DNA of 64,000 bases from Eledone cirrhosa (lineage: Eukaryota): assembly GCA_964016885.1 (NCBI GenBank), contig OZ024745.1, positions 3,968,001 through 4,032,000 on the forward strand, in the 5' to 3' direction. How positions within the stretch are numbered: the stretch's first letter is position 1; every line of letters begins with the position of its first letter. This document shows positions 51,199-62,100 of this stretch, piece after piece. The notes under the pieces are model-generated. The model was not told the DNA's origin, ran no database searches, and saw nothing but the letters and a program-made list of their open reading frames with translations. A program made the position numbers and the translations under genes.

Positions 51199-52677
51199 AT
51201 AAATTGCTACAAAGGTAAAGGGAATGCTCTGGAGGGGAGCAATTATAGGGGTATAAAACTGATGGATCAGGTTATGAAAGTGGCTGAAAGTATATTAGCG
51301 CAACTAATTAGAGAAAGGGTCAAACTAGATGAGATGCAGTTTGGTTTTGTACCTGGTAAAAGTTTTACAGATGCCCTCTTCTTGCTGAGACAATTACAAG
51401 AGAGGTTCTTAGAGAAGAATAAGCCACTATACTTAGCTTTTGTTGACCTAGAGAAGGCCGTTGATAGGGTACCCCAATCTGTCATCTGGTGGTCCCTAAG
51501 GAAACTAGGTGTAGAGGAATGGCTTGTGAGGACAGTACAAAGTTTGTATAGAGGTGCTGTCAGTAAAGTGAGGGTAGGAATGGAGTTTAGTGAGGAATTC
51601 CAGATACAAGTAGGAGTACATCAGGGTTCATTCCTCAGCCCGCTCTTGTGCATTATAGTCCTCCAAGCCATAACAGGAGTTTAAGACTGGCTGTCCATGA
51701 GAACTTCTCTATGCTGACGATCTGGTTCTTATAGCAGAATCAGTAGAGGAGCTAGAGAATAAATTCTGGCTATGGAAACAGCAGTTGGAATCAAGAGGAC
51801 TGAGAGTGAACCTAGCTAAGACAAAAGTGTTGATGAGTAGAAAAGAGGACAAAACTCTGATTCCATCAGGGAAATGGCCATGTTCGATATGCAGAAAAGG
51901 AACTGGCATAAATTCTATAAAATGCACACAATGCAGATCTTGGGTACACAAGAGATGTAGTGGGAAAGCAGGCAAACTAACAGGTAGGGGAAAATACGTA
52001 TGCAGTAGAGGTACAGGGAAATTAGACAGTAGAAGTCGCATTGATAGACACATTTTTCAAATGCAGGCGGGTGCTATAGAAGTGGTGGATAGCTTCCGAT
52101 ACCTAGGAGATCAGATTAGCATGGGAGGGGGGTGTTTTGAGGCCATAGTATCTAGAATAAGGACGGGTTGGAAGAAGTTTAGGGAGCTGCTTCCTCTGCT
52201 GACAAAGAAGGGTTTCTCTCTGCGCACGAAAGGCCGGTTATATGATGCATGTATGAGGAGTGCGATGCTGCATGGAGGTGAGACTTGGGCAGCAACTGCA
52301 GAGGATATGTGACGGCTGGAGAGAAATGATGCAAGCATGCTCCGTTGGATGTGCAATGTCAATGTGCGTGAACAACCGAGCATGAATGTGTTGAGAGGGG
52401 TAAATTGTAGTGTGCGAGAGAGGAGACTGATGGTATGGACATGTGATACGCATGGAGGATGACCGATGGGTGAAGAAGTGCCAGGAAATGCCAGTTGAAG
52501 GAAGACGTGGTAGAGGTAGACCATGAAAAACATGGGTGGAGGTGGTGAGAGCAGACCTCTGATCGCTGAAGCTCACGGAGATGACGAAGGACCGTGACAA
52601 GTGGAGAGATGCTGTGCTGAATAGGACCCGTCCCACCCTTGCAAGCAGGGAAAAGCGGACGTAAAATGATGATGATG
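51199..52677 (+). mobile_element. 5'-truncated RTE-clade LINE with a disrupted reverse transcriptase
   Basis: Motifs include NCYKGKG..NYRGIKL, QFGFVPGK, LAFVDLEKAVDRVP, GVHQGSFLSP, LYADDL (YADD at 51710-51721), FRYLGD and MLHGGETW. There is a frameshift near 51678 plus in-frame stops. The element ends in an (atg)n tail, with a candidate TSD atatctc at 51192-51198 and 52678-52684. Confidence 0.95.
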
Positions 52678-53002
52678 ATATCTCTTTCTCACTTCTTTTC
52701 TCTCCTTCTCTTGAATAAATTGGAATAAAAGATGGTCGAAAATCTATGTTTCAGTATAGATTCCAATGGAGACTTAGCCACACATTGTCATAGAGATTTT
52801 ATCTTTCTAAAATATAATTTAGCAACCAATATGTTGCTACCGTCATCTGTTTTTACTTTTGCAAGATTGGTAATTATTAGATCTCTTTATTTGAAGTTTG
52901 ATCTTATAAGATGATGAAGGATGATATATCATCATTTAATATTTCTTATACGATAGCTTGCACACAAAAATAATATCAATATTATTTCTTTAATGATTGC
53001 TC

Positions 53003-53050
53003 TTCCAACCCGTGCTAGCGGGGAAAATGAACATTAAACAATGATGATGA
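53003..53050 (+). mobile_element. Isolated RTE-type 3' tail
   Basis: Sequence is ttccaacccgtgctagcggggaaaatgaacattaaacaatgatgatga. Confidence 0.65.
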
Positions 53051-53114
53051 GATCAAACTGGATTGCAATACAGCATTACTTCATGTATCTCAATCTCTTG
53101 TTATCCTGTCTAGG

Positions 53115-53275
53115 CCTAGCCGGCAAATTAGCAGTCATTAGAATGTTGGATAGAATGCTTTGTGGTATTCATTTTGGCTCTCTGCACTCTTAGTTCAAAC
53201 CCCACTGAGGTCAACTTTACATTGCATCCTTTTGTGGACGATAAAAAAAGTACCAGTCTAGTACTGGAGTTGATT
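53115..53275 (+). mobile_element. tRNA-derived SINE (family A), diverged and incomplete at the 3' end
   Basis: Sequence includes tagttcaaaccccactgaggtcaactttacattgcatccttttgtggacgataaaaaaagtaccagt. Confidence 0.8.
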
Positions 53276-53439
53276 CTTCCTCTATATCTCTCACTTCTCT
53301 CTCTCTCCTTCTCTGAAAGAAATTGTCTGTGTTCAGAGTTTAAAATGGCCAACAAACAGCCTGTGTCAGGACAACACCTCTACAACTCCACCAGGAGTTA
53401 CAGGTTCATTCTATGCTTAGTATTTTCAGATTTAATCAG

Positions 53440-53460
53440 ATTGTTTCTCACATCTTTGGT
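53440..53460 (+). other. Candidate 21-nt microexon (IVSHIFG)
   Basis: Sequence is tattttcagatttaatcag|ATTGTTTCTCACATCTTTGGT|gtgagt. It preserves frame, but an upstream AG at 53428-53429 competes and would give 31 nt. Confidence 0.3.
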
Positions 53461-54229
53461 GTGAGTCTGTGATATCATGTATTTAGAATATATACTGAGA
53501 ACAGTGTGATTGACTGTCTTTTATCAATAAATCAATGTTGTTGAATTCTAGCCACTTCTCAAGTAACTCAACATAAATGAGTCTGTACATTCCCAACAAT
53601 AATCTCACAACTCACATCAATTACTCTTAAATTAAAATTTATATTGATTTAAATGTTTTTCCACCCACTTATATTGACAGTTTAACTATTTTCATCATGT
53701 GTCTTCAAATATAATTTCATTTGGTTTAACTACTAGCAATGAAAATTATAAACTTTGCTGTAGAAAACTGTACAGTTATAATCATGTCTATGTGTTTAAT
53801 CTCTGCTTAGAACACACCAAAAATTATGTAAAAGACCCCCAAAATGGTAAAAATATGACTGAATATGCCAGAAGGTCTAGCACTTTTCATGATATCAAAT
53901 GCAAGTTATTTTTTATAACTCTCTACTTTCAACCATCTGAATTTCTATAATTCTGTTTTATTCACAATTGAAATCCTACTGCAGGCATTGGGTTGTGTAT
54001 GTTTACAATCATATAACTTTGTTAGCCTCAATCTTCCTGCTTAACACTTTTCACTGCTGGATATGATTAGCAGCAGAGAAGACAACCAGATTTAAAAGTA
54101 ATTGTTCCAACAATAAGGAAATTTCAAATTTTGAGGGAACAATTTCACCTATTGCAGCAGGAATGTATATATATATATAATATAGCATCATCATTAATAT
54201 ATATGTGTGTGTGTGTGTGTGTCGTCATT

Positions 54230-54348
54230 TCTGAGTTCAAATCCCACTGAGGTTAACTTTGCCTTTCATCCTTACGGGGTCGATAAAATAAAATACCAGT
54301 AATACACTGGGTAATTGCTGGCCTTGTGCCAAAAGTAGAAACAATTAT
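54230..54348 (+). mobile_element. 5'-truncated SINE (family A) next to a (TG)n tract
   Basis: Nearly identical to 50780-50898. Confidence 0.88.
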
Positions 54349-55060
54349 TTTATGTCTGTTGAAGTAATGCTGCATTACAGTTATCTCATACCAGTATACA
54401 AATTAGACATAAAAATGGTTGTGTTTAGCAGTTGTTGAGTACTTCACTTTTTATGACAATTCTACTACCTTCAGTTCTGACATAAACCTAACATTAGATA
54501 TGGTGATAATGTATGCTGTGTACAAGAAGTAGACAGTGTTTAATTTTACACAGCTGAAATATATCAAAATTCTAACCATCAATCTATTACTCTATCAAAC
54601 CGAGTTATCTCTTTTTCCACTTTAGGAAGGCTTGATCAATTTATCAACACTGCTTTTTCCACAGATGAATAAAGATTAAATCTATTTAAACAGGACTCCA
54701 CTTTAAATAAACCTTTTGTTAAATAATGTTCATATATTCAGATTCTAATTATTATTATTTTTTATTTTATTTAGATGTAGATCTTTTATTTATTGTTTTC
54801 TCTGTTTCCATCTCTCTCTTTTGGGTCCCATTTCCCTCACAGCCCTCTCGCTGTATTTTGTTTATTCACTTTGCTTATATTGTAGAAAGAAATGAAAATG
54901 GTCAAATATACTTCATTACCTCTTGTGTACCTATCTTAATTAGTTTAATTACTTGGAAAAATGAATATAAAATCTCTCATTCTCTGTCTTACACACACAA
55001 CACATACATACAATTCCTTCATGTTATTAGAAATTCATTCATAAAGCCATCCCTTCTATG

Positions 55061-55063
<3 letters not shown>

Positions 55064-55130
<67 letters not shown>
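55064..55130. repeat. (TC)n microsatellite
   Basis: Read directly from the sequence. Confidence 0.97.
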
Positions 55131-55133
<3 letters not shown>

Positions 55134-55831
55134 TGAGTATTGTATATTTTAAGAGCTTTATCAAGAAGTTGTTCCTGTCTTCTACAATGTCAAGAAATGT
55201 AACAACAGTTTCTTCTTCCAACCACTTATATTCGCATATCCATGTAGTCATTGGAAAAAGGAACATACTAATGACAGAGTCTCTATATATGGTCACTTGA
55301 CATGCCTGAAATAACAGCCTATCATCTTAGTAAAGGACATGTTGGATAATGTGGTCCATTCACACAAGGAAACGTGTGGGTCATGACTGGAATATTTTTG
55401 GTCATAGATCTTCTCACTCAGTACTGACCTGGGGTTAAACAACAACATTCATATTTTTCCTTCCAATAAAATCAACAAAAAAACAACATGTCCCTCATCT
55501 TTCCATTGTTAAAGTATCTGGGGGTAAAAGAACACATGCTTATCACTTCTTTGTTGCTTGGTTTAATCTAAGGAATTTCAATCATTTTGCAACAATTTTA
55601 TTCAGCCTTCACTGCCTTTTATTATTTTTTTAATTGAATTCTTCTGCATGTCTTTCTAAATTACATGTCTCTCTTAAATTTCCAAGAAAACAACAGTAGC
55701 TGTTCATTGTCATTTGCTGTTTTACTGCTGCTATATGTTGTTGTTGTTTAAAACTTATTGTCAACAACGGTTGGTATGAGTTCTTCTCTATATGGTCATT
55801 TCATTACATTCTACTTTACTTCTTTAATCAG

Positions 55832-55849
55832 AACCCTCGGATATCAAAG
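55832..55849 (+). CDS. MICU1: Candidate 18-nt alternative microexon of MICU1 (NPRISK)
   Basis: Sequence is ttctactttacttctttaatcag|AACCCTCGGATATCAAAG|gtaagt, with a pyrimidine tract and perfect AAG|GTAAGT donor. It preserves frame, has no stop, and is GC-richer than its flanks. Confidence 0.65.
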
Positions 55850-56193
55850 GTAAGTTTAAATTCCCCTCAAACTGCTTACAAAAGGCTTTAGTATATTAAA
55901 GCAGGAATCTTATCAAGCATCTCACTGACAAATCTTCCTAATTTAGTTAAACTTTCAATCAGACAAAATATTTCTTTCAAAACCCTTTCCTTAAAACCCC
56001 TCTAATTGACACATTAAAATCACTGAGAGGTATGACTTCCTCTTCCTACTCCCTACCTAACACTGCATTCATTCCCTCCACAAATATTAGCTACATCTGC
56101 AAATATATGAATTAAACATATAAATGTTACTTAAGATTGTCTTTTTACATAATACAGTAGACAGTGGGATAAAAGTATTTCTAGATTCTATTG

Positions 56194-59100
56194 GCTCTCC
56201 TTAATCAGAAGATAGAAAGGTAGATGACATCAACACAGTGTAGTTTATAGTGTTATAGCTCTCCTTAATCAGAAGATAGAAAGGTAGATGACATCAACAC
56301 AGTGTAGTTTATAGTGTTATAGCTCTCCTTAATCAGAAGATAGAAAGGTAGATGACATCAACACACTGTAGTTTATAGTGTTATAGCTCTTCTTAATCAG
56401 AAAATAGAAAGCTAGATGACATCAACACAGTGTAGTTTATAATGCTATAGCTCTCCTTAATCAGAAGTCTGAAAGGTAGATGACATCAACACAGTGTAGT
56501 TTATAGTGTTATAGCTCTCCTTAATCAGAATCTGAAAGGTAGATGACATCAACACAGTGTAGTTTATAGTGTTATAGCTCTCCTTAATCAGAATCTGAAA
56601 GGTAGATGACATCAACACAGTGTAGTTTATAGTGTTATAGCTCTCCTTAATCAGAAGTCTGAAAGGTAGATGACATCAACACAGTGTAGTTTATAGTGTT
56701 ATAGCTCTTCTTAATCAGAAGATAGAAAGCTAGATGACATCAACACAGTGTAGTTTATAGTGTTATAGCTCTCTTTAATCAGAAGATAGAAAGGTAGATG
56801 ACATCAACACAGTGTAGTTTATAGTGTTATAGCTCTCGTTAATCAGAGGATAGAAAGGTAGATGACATCAACACAGTGTAGTTTGTAGTGTTATAGCTCT
56901 CGTTAATCAAGTGAAAAAAAGGTAGATGACATCAACACAGTGTAGTTTATAGTGTTATAGCTCTCGTTAATCAGAGGATAGAAAGGTAGATGACATCAAC
57001 ACAGTGTAGTTTATAGTGTTATAGCTCTCCTTAATCAGAAGATAGAAAGGTAGATGACATCAACACAGTGTAGTTTATAGTGTTATAGCTCTCCTTAATC
57101 AGAGGATAGAAAGGTAGATGACATCAACACAGTGTAGTTTATAGTGTTATAGCTCTCCTTAATCAGAAGGTAGAAAGGTAGATGACATCAACACAGTGTA
57201 GTTTATAGTGTTATAGCTCTCCTTAATCAGAAGATAGAAAGGTAGATGACATCAACACAGTGTAGTTTATAGTGTTATAGCTCTCCTTAATCAGAAGATA
57301 GAAAGGTAGATGACATCAACACAGTGTAGTTTATAGTGTTATAGCTCTCCTTAATAAGAAGATTGAAAGGTAGATGACATCAACACAGTGTAGTTTATAG
57401 TGTTGTAGCTCTCCTTAATCAGAAGATAGAAAGGTAGATGACATAAACGCAGTGTAGTTTATAGTGTTATAGCTCTCCTTAATCAGAAGATAGAAAGGTA
57501 GATGACATAAACGCAGTGTAGTTTATAGTGTTATAGCTCTCCTTAATCAGAGGATAGAAAGGTAGATGACATCAACACAGTGTAGTTTATAGTGTTATAG
57601 CTCTCCTTAATAAGAAGATTGAAAGGTAGATGACATCAACACAGTGTAGTTTATAATGTTATAGCTCTCCTTAATCAGAAGGTAGAAAGGTAGATGACAT
57701 CAACACAGTGTAGTTTATAGTGTTATAGCTCTCCTTAATAAGAAGATTGAAAGGTAGATGACATCAACACAGTGTAGTTTATAATGTTATAGCTCTCCTT
57801 AATCAGAAGGTAGAAAGGTAGATGACATCAACACAGTGTAGTTTATAGTGTTATAGCTCTCCTTAATAAGAAGATTGAAAGGTAGATGACATCAACACAG
57901 TGTAGTTTATAGTGTTGTAGCTCTCCTTAATCTGAGGATAGAAAGGTAGATGACATCAACACAGTGTAGTTTATAATGTTATAGCTCTCCTTAATCAGAA
58001 GGTAGAAAGGTTGATGACATCAACACAGTGTAGTTTATAGTGTTATAGCTCTCCTTAATCAGAGGATAGAAAGGTAGATGACATCAACACAGTGTAGTTT
58101 ATAGTGTTATAGCTCTCCTTAATCAGAGGATAGAAAGGTAGATGACATCAACACAGTGTAGTTTATAGTGTTATAGCTCTCCTTAATCAGAGGATAGAAA
58201 GGTAGATGACATCAACACAGTGTAGTTTATAGTGTTATCGCTCTCCTTAATCAGAAGTCTGAAAGGTAGATGACATCAACACAGTGTAGTTTATAGTGTT
58301 ATAGCTCTCCTTAATCAGAAGACAGAAAGGTAGATGACATCAACACAGTGTAGTTTATAGTGTTATAGCTCTTCTTAATCAGAAAATAGAAAGCTAGATG
58401 ACATCAACACAGTGTAGTTTATAGTGTTATAGCTCTCCTTAATCAGAGGATAGAAAGCTAGATGACATCAACACAGTGTAGTTTATAGTGGTATAGCTCT
58501 TCTTAATCAGAAGATAGAAAGGTAGATGACATCAACACAGTGTAGTTTATAGTGTTATAGCTCTCCTTAATCAGAAGATAGAAAGGTAGATGACATCAAC
58601 ACAGTGTAGTTTATAGTGTTATAGCTCTCCTTAATCAGAAGATAGAAAGGTAGATGACATCAACACAGTGTAGTTTATAGTGTTATAGCTCTTCTTAATC
58701 AGAAAATAGAAAGGTAGATGACATCAACACAGTGTAGTTTATAGTGTTATAGCTCTTCTTAATCAGAAAATAGAAAGCTAGATGACATCAACACAGTGTA
58801 GTTTATAGTGTTATAGCTCTCCTTAATCAGAAGATAGAAAGGTAGATGACATCAACACAGTGTAGTTTATAGTGTTATATCTCTTCTTAATCAGAAGATA
58901 GAAAGGTAGATGACATCAACACAGTGTAGTTTATAGTGTTATAGCTCTTCTTAATCAGAAAATAGAAAGCTAGATGACATCAACACAGTGTAGTTTATAG
59001 TGTTATAGCTCTCCTTAATCAGAAGATAGAAAGGTAGATGACATCAACACACTGTAGTTTATAGCTCTTCTTAATCAGAAAATAGAAAGGTAGATGACAT

Positions 59101-62100
59101 CAACACAGTGTAGTTTATAGTGTTATAGCTCTCCTTAATCAGAAGATAGAAAGGTAGATGACATCAACACAGTGTAGTTTATAGTGTTATACCTCTCCTT
59201 AATCAGAGGATAGAAAGGTAGATGACATCAACACAGTGTAGTTTATAGTGTTATAGCTCTCCTTAATAAGAAGATAGAAAGGTAGATGACATCAACACAG
59301 TGTAGTTTATAGTGTTATAGCTCTTCTTAATCAGAAGTCTGAAAGGTAGATGACATCAACACAGTGTAGTTTATAGTGTTATAGCTCTCCTTAATCAGAA
59401 GATAGAAAGGTAGATGACATCAACACAGTGTAGTTTATAGTGTTATAGCTCTCCTTAATCAGAATCTGAAAGGTAGATGACATCAACACAGTGTAGTTTA
59501 TAGTGTTATAGCTCTTCTTAATCAGAAGATAGAAAGCTAGATGACATCAACACAGTGTAGTTTATAGTGTTATAGCTCTCCTTAATCAGAAGATAGAAAG
59601 GTAGATGACATCAACACAGTGTAGATTATAGTATTATAGCTCTCGTTAATCAGAGGATAGAAAGGTAGATGACATCAACACAGTGTAGTTTATAGTGTTA
59701 TAGCTCTCGTTAATCAAGTGAAAAAAAGGTAGATGACATCAACACAGTGTAGTTTATAGTGTTATAGCTCTACTTAATCAGAAGATAGAAAGGTAGATGA
59801 CATAAACACAGTGTAGTTTATAGTGTTATAGCTCTCTTTAATCAGAGGGTAGAAAGTTAGATGACATCAACACAGTGTAGTTTATAGTGTTATAGCTCTC
59901 CTTAATCGGAAGATAGAAAGGTAGATGACATCAACACAGTGTAGTTTATAGTGTTATAGCTCTCCTTAATCAGAAGACAGAAAGGTAGATGGCATCAACA
60001 CAGTGTAGTTTATAGTGTTATAGCTCTCCTTAATCAGAAGACAGAAAGGTAGATGGCATCAACACAGTGTAGTTTATAGTGTTATAGCTCTCCTTAATAA
60101 GAAGATAGAAAGGTAGATGACATCAACACAGTGTAGTTTATAGTGTTGTAGCTCTCCTTTATCAGAAGATAGAAAGGTAGATGACATAAACGCAGTGTAG
60201 TTTATAATGTTATAGCTCTCCTTAATCAGAAGGTAGAAAGGTAGATGACATCAACACAGTGTAGTTTATAGTGTTATAGCTCTCCTTAATCAGAAGATAG
60301 AAAGTTGGATGACATCAACACAGTGTAGTTTATAGTGTTATAGCTCTCCTTAATCAGAAGACAGAAAGGTAGATGGCATCAACACAGTGTAGTTTATAGT
60401 GTTATAGCTCTCCTTAATAAGAAGATTGAAAGGTAGATGACATCAACACAGTGTAGTTTATAGTGTTGTAGCTCTCCTTAATCAGAAGATAGAAAGGTAG
60501 ATGACATAAACGCAGTGTAGTTTATAATGTTATAGCTCTCCTTAATCAGAAGGTAGAAAGGTAGATGACATCAACACAGTGTAGTTTATAGTGTTATAGT
60601 TCTCCTTAATCAGAAGATAGAAAGGTAGATGACATCAACACAGTGTAGTTTATAGTGTTATAGCTCTCCTTAATCAGAAGATAGAAAGGTAGATGACATC
60701 AACACAGTGTAGTTTATAGTGTTATAGCTCTCCTTAATCAGAGGATAGAAAGGTAGATGACATCAACACAGTGTAGTTTATAGTGTTATCGCTCTCCTTA
60801 ATCAGAAGTCTGAAAGGTAGATGACATCAACACAGTGTAGTTTATAGTGTTATAGCTCTCCTTAATCAGAGGATAGAAAGGTAGATGACATCAACACAGT
60901 GTAGTTTATAGTGTTATAGCTCTCCTTAATCAGAAGGTAGAAAGGTAGATGACATCAACACAGTGTAGTTTATAGTGTTATAGTTCTCCTTAATGAGAAG
61001 ATAGAAAGGTAGATGACATCAACACAGTGTAGTTTATAGTGTTATAGCTCTCCTTAATCAGAAGATAGAAAGGTAGATGATATCAACACAGTGTAGTTTA
61101 TAGTGTTATAGCTCTCCTTAATCAGAAGATAGAAAGGTAGATGACATCAACACAGTGTAGTTTATAGTGTTATAGCTCTCCTTAATCAGAAGACAGAAAG
61201 GTAGATGACATCAACACAGTGTAGTTTATAGTGTTATAGCTCTCCTTAATCAAAAGATAGAAAGGTAGATGACATAAACGCAGTGTAGTTTATAATGTTA
61301 TAGCTCTCCTTAATCAGAAGGTAGAAAGGTAGATGACATCAACACAGTGTAGTTTATAGTGTTATAGTTCTCTTTGATCAGAAGATAGAAAGGTAGATGA
61401 CATCAACACAGTGTAGTTTATAGTGTTATAGCTCTCCTTAATCAGAAGTCTAAAAGGTAGATGACATCAACACAGTGTAGTTTATAGTGTTATAGCTCTC
61501 CTTAATCAGAGGATAGAAAGGTAGATGACATCAACACAGTGTAGTTTATAGTGTTATAGCTCTCCTTAATCAGAGGATAGAAAGGTAGATGACATCAACA
61601 CAGTGTAGTTTATAGTGTTATAGCTCTCCTTAATCAGAGGATAGAAAGGTAGATGACATCAACACAGTGTAGTTTATAGTGTTATCGCTCTCCTTAATCA
61701 GAAGTCTGAAAGGTAGATGACATCAACACAGTGTAGTTTATAGTGTTATAGCTCTCCTTAATCAGAAGACAGAAAGGTAGATGACATCAACACAGTGTAG
61801 TTTATAGTGTTATAGCTCTTCTTAATCAGAAAATAGAAAGCTAGATGACATCAACACAGTGTAGTTTATAGTGTTATAGCTCTCCTTAATCAGAGGATAG
61901 AAAGCTAGATGACATCAACACAGTGTAGTTTATAGTGGTATAGCTCTTCTTAATCAGAAGATAGAAAGGTAGATGACATCAACACAGTGTAGTTTATAGT
62001 GTTATAGCTCTCCTTAATCAGAAGATAGAAAGGTAGATGACATCAACACAGTGTAGTTTATAGTGTTATAGCTCTCCTTAATCAGAAGATAGAAAGGTAG

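Noticed and set aside
51190-51214. Possible 25-nt exon (ttttactag|...aaag|gtaaag)
   Set aside because: The donor lies inside LINE coding sequence (NCYKGKG) and inclusion would shift the frame.
54886-54900. Possible 15-nt microexon KEMKM after a good acceptor (ttgcttatattgtag)
   Set aside because: The donor GTCAAA is too weak to support without transcript data.
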